Origin: Syntrophomonadaceae bacterium
GTDB taxonomy: Bacteria > Bacillota > Dethiobacteria > DTU022
DNA: 39,210 nt
Assembly: GCA_003553895.1 (NCBI GenBank)
Contig: PWFM01000207.1
Coordinates: 1 to 39,210, forward strand
Reading direction: 5' to 3'
Part shown: one piece after another, positions 32,927 through 39,210 of the stretch
Numbering within the stretch: position 1 is the first letter of the stretch
Layout: every line of letters begins with the position of its first letter
The notes under the pieces: generated by a model
Database searches by the model: none
What the model saw: the letters and a program-made list of their open reading frames with translations, nothing else
What the model was told of the DNA's origin: nothing
Made by a program: the position numbers and the translations under genes

Positions 32927-34333
32927 TTAAAGTGTCAAAGCAGATTGGCTGATTAAATCCCAGGCCCGGCGGACATGTTTTTCGGTCGTTGTCCGTTGGC
33001 CGATAGCCATGCGGATAGCATAGCGCCCTTTGAGGGAAGTATGGGTCATAAACACCTCGCCGGTAGCGTTTACTTTTTCGAGCAGGGCGGCATTCAGGCG
33101 AGCCAGTTCTTCTTCAGAGGCCCCTTCTTTTGTTAAGCGGAAGCAAACCAGGCTAAAATTAACCGGGGCCAGCAGTGCAAAACGGCTGTCTTCTTCCACC
33201 CACTCTTTAAAAAGCCCGGCCAGGCGCAGGTGCTCACGGACTATTTCCTGCAGCCCTTTGACCCCGTATGAGCGGATTACGAACCAAAGTTTCAGGGCCC
33301 GAAAACGACGGCCCAGCTGAACACCCCAGTCGCGGTAATTTTTAACTTCTTCATCCCGGCCGGTCTTTAAATACTCAGGATGGATTTCAAAAGTGCGGAT
33401 AAGCAGTTCTTCATCTTTAACGAAATAAGCAGAGCAGTCGAAGTTTGTAAGCATCCATTTGTGAGGGTTGAAAACGAATGAATCGAACATTTCAGCGCCT
33501 TCAAGCACCTTTCGCTTTTCATCAAGCAGCGCAGCTGTCCCGCCATAGGCGGCATCAACATGAAACCACAGATCGTGACGGCGACATATTTCACCAATCT
33601 CAGCCAGGGGATCAACAGCCGCGGACGAGGTGGTGCCCAGGGTGCCAATTACGCAGGCCGGTATGAGCCCCCTGCTTTTATCCTCCGCTATCGCTTTTTC
33701 CAGTTCTTCCGCGCTAAGGGCAAAGTTATGATCGGTAGGGATATGACGCAGGCTTTCGATACCGTAACCGGCAATCTTAACAGCTTTATCGATGCTCGAA
33801 TGCCCCTCTTCGGAAGCATAAACGCAAAGTGGCAGGCGTGCGCCGCTGCGGTTGGAATTAAAACCGGTCGCTTTTTCACGGGCGGTAAGCAGGGCGCAGA
33901 GGGTAGCGGTAGAAGCTGTGTCCTGGATTACCCCGCTAATATTTTCCGGCAATCCGATCATTTTGCCCAGCCATTGCATAACCACTTCTTCCAGCTCGGT
34001 GGCGGCGGGAGAAGTCTGCCAGATCATACACTGCGCCCCCAGGCCGGCAGTTAAGAGTTCGGCCAGCACTGAGGCCGGGCTGTTATTGGCCGGAAAATAA
34101 GCAAACCAACCTGGATGCTGCCAGTGAGTTATCCCGGGCATGATTATTTCCTGAAAATCAGCAAATATATTTTTCATCGGTTCCCCGCCCACAGGAGGCT
34201 TAGCGGGCAGGGCACTTTTGATCTCGCCTGGTTTTACGGTGGAGCACACCGGGTATTCTTCAACCTGCTCAAAATAATCTGCCACCCAATCGATAAAATC
34301 ATGTCCGTAACGGCGAAACTCTTCATTATTCAT
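32927..34333 (-). CDS. Group II PLP-dependent decarboxylase (aromatic-L-amino-acid / tyrosine decarboxylase-like)
   Basis: Track ORF 32927..34339 (TTG start). The ATG at 34333 lies 7 nt after GGGAGGA. Motifs are HVDAAYGG and the PLP-lysine motif FNPHKWMLTNFDCS. Confidence 0.85.
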   Translation of the reverse strand: MNNEEFRRYGHDFIDWVADYFEQVEEYPVCSTVKPGEIKSALPAKPPVGGEPMKNIFADFQEIIMPGITHWQHPGWFAYFPANNSPASVLAELLTAGLGAQCMIWQTSPAATELEEVVMQWLGKMIGLPENISGVIQDTASTATLCALLTAREKATGFNSNRSGARLPLCVYASEEGHSSIDKAVKIAGYGIESLRHIPTDHNFALSAEELEKAIAEDKSRGLIPACVIGTLGTTSSAAVDPLAEIGEICRRHDLWFHVDAAYGGTAALLDEKRKVLEGAEMFDSFVFNPHKWMLTNFDCSAYFVKDEELLIRTFEIHPEYLKTGRDEEVKNYRDWGVQLGRRFRALKLWFVIRSYGVKGLQEIVREHLRLAGLFKEWVEEDSRFALLAPVNFSLVCFRLTKEGASEEELARLNAALLEKVNATGEVFMTHTSLKGRYAIRMAIGQRTTTEKHVRRAWDLISQSALTL

Positions 34334-34368
34334 TATCAAGTCCTCCCAAATTAAAACTGACCTTAATT

Positions 34369-35232
34369 CTAACCAACATCTCCCGCCGGCGACCTGGCCT
34401 TTTTAAACCTCCGGCCGAGATGATAAAGAGCAGCGCCGCAAAAAGCCAGTGCGGCGGGATAAAGAAGAACAAAAGCCTGGTCTCCCTTGAAGGCCATTTC
34501 AAGCAAAATAAATACTGCTATCATCAACCGGGCCAGGCATACCCGCTGCTTTCGAAGCATCGAGCGGTTTTTATCATCGGGGACCTGTTCGTAGCCGGTC
34601 AGCATAACCAGGATGATAACCGCCACCACAAGCAGCAGCATTACGGCAACGGTGTGGATATTAGCTATCTGCAGAGAAAGTTTAATGCCGGGAAAAAATA
34701 AAAACATAGCTACAAACAGAGCCAGTGATAGAAAAGCAAATATCTTTTGTTTTCGGTTTGCGGGATCGAAAAAAGCATCGAAAAAAAATACCATACCCAG
34801 AATTAAAAGGGCAAAAATTATTCCGTCGTAAAAAAGGATGACGCCAAGGATGATCAGCATTATTGAATCTATGCTTGTCGCCTGGATACCGGTGCTGCCG
34901 TTAAGAACCCGGCTAAAAAGCAAGATAAAAAATAGGGCCACAATACCGGGGGCGCCAAAAATGAAAGTGAAGATCAAGGTAAACGGCAGGGCAACAAAAG
35001 CAGACCATTGATAGGCAGGATCAATTTCCCGGCCGATCGCCCAACAGAGAAAAACAGCGAATGCGGTTGCCGCTGCCGTAACCAGAGCCCCAGTAAAAGG
35101 AGCTGCCAGGGTGAGCTGGTGAATAAAAGCTGCCGCCAGTATGACCAGGGTCAGGATCGCCACCACGCGGTTTGTGATACGGTCAAGAACAAGCGGTCGG
35201 CCAAACGCAGTTATTCTGCTAATCCCAATCAC
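34369..35232 (-). CDS. Polytopic membrane protein, unknown family
   Basis: 287 aa with about 8 hydrophobic helices and no motif I recognise. The GTG start abuts AAAGGGG, so the exact start is uncertain. It lies 29-35 nt upstream of the decarboxylase and 40 nt downstream of the amidohydrolase. Confidence 0.55.
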   Translation of the reverse strand: MIGISRITAFGRPLVLDRITNRVVAILTLVILAAAFIHQLTLAAPFTGALVTAAATAFAVFLCWAIGREIDPAYQWSAFVALPFTLIFTFIFGAPGIVALFFILLFSRVLNGSTGIQATSIDSIMLIILGVILFYDGIIFALLILGMVFFFDAFFDPANRKQKIFAFLSLALFVAMFLFFPGIKLSLQIANIHTVAVMLLLVVAVIILVMLTGYEQVPDDKNRSMLRKQRVCLARLMIAVFILLEMAFKGDQAFVLLYPAALAFCGAALYHLGRRFKKARSPAGDVG

Positions 35233-35272
35233 CCCTTTCTGTTACAGAGTGTTACGAACCGCTGTCAACGAA

Positions 35273-36925
35273 TTATTTTTCGCCGGGATTATTCTTCATT
35301 TCAGATGAGCTGTAGGCGATATTGCCACCGACAATGGTCATATCAACTTCGATATCCTTGATCTTCGCCGGTTCTGTGGTTGTAATATCCTCAGAGAGGA
35401 CTACCAGGTCAGCCAACTTGCCTGCGGTAATACTGCCTTTAATATTTTCTTCATATGTGCAGCAGGCAGAACCCATAGTATATATATAGAGAGCCTCATC
35501 GAGGGCTAAACATTGATCGGGAAACCAGCCGCCGGGAGGATTGCCGTTTTTATCCTGCCTGGTTACCGCCGCATGAATACCTTCTAACGGTTCGTAGTTT
35601 TCCACCGGGCAATCTGAGCCACCGGCCAGCCTAATGCCCCGTTGGATAAAATCTTTCCAGCGGTAAACCCAGGCGGCGCGCTGCGGTCCCAGGTGCCGGT
35701 CCACGAGGATAAAGTCCGAGGGTGTAAATAACGGCTGTATATCAGCAATCACAGCTTGTTTTTTAAAGCGATCAAGTATAGACGGACTGACCATCGAAGC
35801 ATGGATAACCCGGAACCGGGGATCGGAACGGGGATACCGTCGTTCCGCCTCATCGTAAATATCGAGGACCATGCTGACTGCCGCATCACCGATGGCATGG
35901 ACAGCAACCTGCATATCGCAGCTGTGGGCAAGGTCAACCAGTTCTTTTACTTCCCGGCGGGATAATATTTCTATCCCGCAGTTTTCCGGGTAACCTTCGT
36001 AAGGAGCAGAAACCAGGGCTGTTCGGCCGCCTATGGAACCGTCTGTTAAAAGTTTGAGCGGGCCGATTTTAAAATAGCCGCTCCCCTGGCCGGTCCGGTA
36101 ACCACGCGCTAAAAATGATTGCAGTTCGTCCTTCGCGGGCAAAAGCGCCTGCATATTCACGCGCAGAGGCAATTCCCCGGTCGATTCGAGTTCGCGGTAC
36201 GCATCGATAAGCTCCGGGGCAAGATCACCGCCCAGTGCGGTCAGGTCATCTGTCTGCACCGAGGTCAAACCGGCTGACAGAAAATCCCCGGCTGCCGACC
36301 TGATCAACTCTTTAAGCTTATCTTTATCCAGCGGGGCAAACAAGTCCATAACAAGCACCATGGCCTTTTCTTCGAGCACGCCGGTAGGCACACCCCGTGC
36401 ATCTGTGACAATATTTCCCCCTTCCACTGAACAGGGGTGCCGGTCAATACCGGCTTTTTTCAAAGCAGCAGAGTTAACAGAAAGGATATGACAACAGGTG
36501 CGCATTAAAGCCAGGGGTTGCCCTGAAGTGACCCGGTCAAGATCGTCCCGGTTGGGGAGGCGCTGATCCTGGAACAAAGCCTGGTCCCATCCCCATCCGA
36601 CAACCCACTGTTCGCTTTTTATCCCCTTTTCCCGAATAAAATTTTTAACTGCTGAGCCGATTTGATCTATACTGGTGCAGTGCCGCAGGTCTACTTTTTC
36701 TGCGGTCGAAGCATAACTGATCAGGTGCATATGGCTGTCATTAAAACCTGGTAACAGGGTTCTGCCTGCCAGGTCGATCATTTTGGTCCTGTCGTTCTTA
36801 AGCGCTAGAACCTGATCATTACCTCCGACAGCAGCAATCTGATCCGCCCTGATCGCCACAGCCCGGGCCTCCCGCTGTTGATGATCTATGGTTATAACGC
36901 GTCCGTTGTAGAAAATCAGATCCAT
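35273..36925 (-). CDS. Amidohydrolase-3 (YtcJ-like) metal-dependent hydrolase
   Basis: Track ORF 35273..37036. The ATG at 36925 lies 8 nt after GGAAGGAG and gives the usual MDLIFYNGRVITID.. N-terminus. Motifs are LLPGFNDSHMHL, VHAIGD and GGSDCPVE. Confidence 0.8.
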   Translation of the reverse strand: MDLIFYNGRVITIDHQQREARAVAIRADQIAAVGGNDQVLALKNDRTKMIDLAGRTLLPGFNDSHMHLISYASTAEKVDLRHCTSIDQIGSAVKNFIREKGIKSEQWVVGWGWDQALFQDQRLPNRDDLDRVTSGQPLALMRTCCHILSVNSAALKKAGIDRHPCSVEGGNIVTDARGVPTGVLEEKAMVLVMDLFAPLDKDKLKELIRSAAGDFLSAGLTSVQTDDLTALGGDLAPELIDAYRELESTGELPLRVNMQALLPAKDELQSFLARGYRTGQGSGYFKIGPLKLLTDGSIGGRTALVSAPYEGYPENCGIEILSRREVKELVDLAHSCDMQVAVHAIGDAAVSMVLDIYDEAERRYPRSDPRFRVIHASMVSPSILDRFKKQAVIADIQPLFTPSDFILVDRHLGPQRAAWVYRWKDFIQRGIRLAGGSDCPVENYEPLEGIHAAVTRQDKNGNPPGGWFPDQCLALDEALYIYTMGSACCTYEENIKGSITAGKLADLVVLSEDITTTEPAKIKDIEVDMTIVGGNIAYSSSEMKNNPGEK

Positions 36926-37045
36926 TGAACAAGCTCCTTCCTGATTAAGGGCTTCGCTGCGACTTAGCTGTTCAACCGCCACCGGGCTGCTCCCAGGCCC
37001 CGGGTTTGCAGCTGTTTTCTGTATACCATCGATCACTGCACAGAC

Positions 37046-38317
37046 TTACAGCTCAAATAGCTCGCTGTGGATTCTAGACGGCGGCACATTGAGCTGTTTT
37101 AACTCGGTCATAGTTGCCCTGCTCATCGCCGGCGGTCCACAGATAAAAAATTCTTTACCCTCGATGCTTTCAAGCTGATCGAGAATCATCGGTCCCCTCA
37201 GGTGACCTTTTACCCCCGGCCAATCGGGTTGATCAGACATGACCAGGATTGCCCTGAAGCCGGGCATCTCTTCCTGCATTTTTTCCAGCTCATCCTGGAA
37301 ACAAAGGCTTTTTTCATTGCGGTTGGCCCAGAAAAGGGTTACTTTTTTATCAAATTTTTGATCGCGCATATAGCGCAGCATGCTCATAAACGGAGTAATA
37401 CCGATCCCCCCGGCAATAAATACCGGTTCGCCGCGATCATAGTTTAAAATGCTGAAAACACCGTATGGAGCATCAATAAAAGCCCGGTCACCGACTTTGG
37501 TATCCTTTATTGTTTTGGTAAAATCACCCAGCTGCTTAGGGGTGATTGACCGGTATTCCGCGGTAGGGCTGGCTGAAATGGTAAAGGGGTGCGGTTCAGA
37601 CAAAATACCGTCACGCAGCAGCTGGATGAACATAAACTGGCCCGGTTTATAGCTAAACCGGGGACCATCAAAAAACAGGCTCCATATATCTTCTGCTTCC
37701 TGTCTTACTTCGACAACTTCATGGGGATTTTTGCGAACAGCGGCAATCCTGGCTAACCGATAAATAACAATGGCAAAAAATAAAACAGCCAGGAACAGCC
37801 ATAAATAGTAAAGTAGGGAACCGGTCTGTGTATGGAAAAAAACATGGATCATCACGAAGGGAAATAAAAGATAGTTGGCCAGGTGGATATTGCGCCAGAC
37901 TTCATAGGCCAGGCCCAGTTTCTTGTACGTTGCAGCCAGCCCGGCGGTAATCATGAACCCGAGCAGAGCTGCTATCCCGACCCAGATAAAAGTATCCGCC
38001 AGTATTTCTCCGTATGCTCCAAAGCGATAAAAAACAATCAGGATCATATGAAAGGTCACAAAAAACAAGCCGATACGCCCGAAAATCCGGTGCCAGCGGA
38101 ACATCCGGTCAAGGCCGAATCCGGATTCAATTGTTTTTATCCGGGAAACAAAGACAAATTGAAAGAAAATAAAAAGCAGCCCAAGTGGAGCAAACAAAAG
38201 ACTTAAATAGCGAAGGTAAAGCTGGCCGAAAAGATCAAAATCCAAAGCTGTTGCCCAGGAATAAATTGTAAAAACAAGCATTGCCGCAATGATCAGCACA
38301 ACCAGACGCATTTTCAT
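37046..38317 (-). CDS. NOX/FRE-type flavocytochrome: ferric-reductase-like 6-TM di-heme domain fused to FAD/NAD(P)H dehydrogenase domain
   Basis: 423 aa. His pairs occur in two TM helices: WHRIFGRIGLFFVTFH (13 intervening residues) and IHLANYLLFPFVMIH (12 intervening). The FAD motif is HPFTISASP, the NAD(P)H motif is IAGGIGITPF, and CGPPAM lies near the C-terminus. GGGGAGGG lies 6 nt before the ATG. Confidence 0.8.
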   Translation of the reverse strand: MKMRLVVLIIAAMLVFTIYSWATALDFDLFGQLYLRYLSLLFAPLGLLFIFFQFVFVSRIKTIESGFGLDRMFRWHRIFGRIGLFFVTFHMILIVFYRFGAYGEILADTFIWVGIAALLGFMITAGLAATYKKLGLAYEVWRNIHLANYLLFPFVMIHVFFHTQTGSLLYYLWLFLAVLFFAIVIYRLARIAAVRKNPHEVVEVRQEAEDIWSLFFDGPRFSYKPGQFMFIQLLRDGILSEPHPFTISASPTAEYRSITPKQLGDFTKTIKDTKVGDRAFIDAPYGVFSILNYDRGEPVFIAGGIGITPFMSMLRYMRDQKFDKKVTLFWANRNEKSLCFQDELEKMQEEMPGFRAILVMSDQPDWPGVKGHLRGPMILDQLESIEGKEFFICGPPAMSRATMTELKQLNVPPSRIHSELFEL

Positions 38318-38572
38318 GAAAAGCCCTCCCCTGCAAGAATTTTTCCATTTATTTCATTCCAGCCCTTTGCAACTATTCTATAAAAAAATTGGGTGAATTA
38401 CAAATAATTCATCTGTGAAAGATATAACGAGGCAGGGCAAGCTAGAACCACCACAAGCGGCTTAAACGGCATTGCGTTTGGTCAATTTTACCGCTATATT
38501 ATATTAAGGTGAGTGAACCGGTTAGCCGTTTATACTTATCTTTAACCACACCCGGATTAGAAGAAAGGAAGA

Positions 38573-39210
38573 ATGCGACTGCTAAACCCCAAGAAACAAA
38601 AAGCAAAAAGGTTCTTAATCATAACCATGATGCTGGTTGGATGGTTTATATTTGTGCTTTACCCCAATCCTTTTAACCTAACCGCCAGTCTGTACAGGCT
38701 AAAAAACCCACCGATCATGCCACTGCTGGTAACCGAGCTTGCCCGGGAGCTGGAATATAGTTCCACCTTAGAAATCGAACAATTCGCTTATACTCAGCTA
38801 CCTTACAGCTACGACTGGGAAACATATAACATGCCCTGGTATTTCCCCACCCTGGACCAGGCCCTGCAAAGCGGCAGCGGCGACTGTAAGGCACGTTACC
38901 TGCTTTTTGCTTCGCTGCTTGAAGAATTGAATGTCCCTTACCAGAAAAAAATGTCTTTAACCCATGTCTGGGTTGACTATGAAGGCAAACCGCAACGCGC
39001 GGCGGAAAACCTGGATGAAGCAATACTTAATGTCAATGAAACCGGCCAATTAAAATATAGTATACCCCGGCCGGATCTGACAAGAGCATCACGCAACTTC
39101 TACCAGGGGTTCTGGGAAGTAATGCCCACCGGGCGAAAATATTTACTGCTCGCCGGGTTTCCGGTAATCCTGGGCCTTTTTTACCTGCCCCAGGCAGTTC
39201 TCCCGGCCCA
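38573..39210 (+). CDS. Partial CDS (runs off right edge): membrane-anchored transglutaminase-like / papain-fold protein
   Basis: Not in the ORF track (no stop in the window). The ATG at 38573 follows GAAAGGA. Hand translation gives MRLLNPKKQKAKRFLIITMMLVGWFIFVLYP...SGSGDCKARYLLFASLLEELNVPYQKKMSLTHVWVDYEGK..., with no stops to 39210. The G-D-C ... H-V-W-V-D arrangement resembles the Cys/His/Asp core of transglutaminase-like peptidases. Confidence 0.5.
   Translation, partial: MRLLNPKKQKAKRFLIITMMLVGWFIFVLYPNPFNLTASLYRLKNPPIMPLLVTELARELEYSSTLEIEQFAYTQLPYSYDWETYNMPWYFPTLDQALQSGSGDCKARYLLFASLLEELNVPYQKKMSLTHVWVDYEGKPQRAAENLDEAILNVNETGQLKYSIPRPDLTRASRNFYQGFWEVMPTGRKYLLLAGFPVILGLFYLPQAVLPA

Noticed and set aside
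38715-39023. 102-aa minus-strand ORF near the right edge.
   Set aside because: It lies inside a longer uninterrupted plus-strand frame that has an SD, a TM anchor and a Cys/His/Asp-type motif. The minus-strand translation is Arg/Pro/Gly-rich shadow sequence.
1-39210. Searched by eye for CRISPR arrays, tandem repeats, rRNA/tRNA genes, transposases, integrases and phage genes.
   Set aside because: No regularly spaced direct repeats, no cloverleaf-like or rRNA-like segments, and no ORF with DDE, tyrosine/serine recombinase or phage structural motifs were found. The absence is by inspection only, not by a search tool.

Overview
This is a 39.2-kb chromosomal segment of about 50% GC. It has strong GGAGG-type ribosome-binding sites and an anaerobe-type gene set (hybrid-cluster protein, flavodiiron protein, polyferredoxin, RnfD-like protein). 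That fits an anaerobic Firmicute or Clostridia-like genome, but the taxon is inference only. All calls come from hand translation and motif recall; no homology search was possible. I saw no rRNA, tRNA, CRISPR array, transposase or integrase.

Gene content from left to right:
- A Crp/Fnr regulator lies divergent from a polyferredoxin-cupin pair.
- A BCCT osmolyte transporter is flanked by toxin-antitoxin material: a HigA remnant and an intact ParE/ParD-like pair.
- PadR-FetA-FetB follows.
- A minus-strand sulfur module runs YeeE, TusA-like, a single polypeptide combining MoaD/ThiS-like Ubl + MoeB/ThiF E1 + rhodanese, a decayed cysteine synthase, and a JAMM peptidase.
- Next is Rrf2, Hcp, DUF438/hemerythrin/PAS, a core-MetE-like protein and DUF1638.
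- A 0.7-kb patch holds gene fragments (pieces of CobO, PadR and YeeE).
- An Fe(III)-type ABC importer is followed by an orphan RnfD/NqrB-like gene.
- Envelope proteases (S1, SppA) sit with a Yip1-like protein.
- A cupin and a flavodiiron protein follow.
- An RND pump with a ~267-aa loop insertion and an extra C-terminal helix is followed by TetR.
- A co-directional set encodes a NOX-like flavocytochrome, an amidohydrolase, a polytopic membrane protein and a PLP decarboxylase.

The most notable observations are:
- The self-contained Ubl-E1-rhodanese/JAMM sulfur-carrier module, whose expected acceptor enzyme (cysteine synthase) is a relic.
- The uncharacterised DUF438 / core-MetE-like / DUF1638 trio.
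- The atypical RND protein.
- The NOX-like/decarboxylase cluster.
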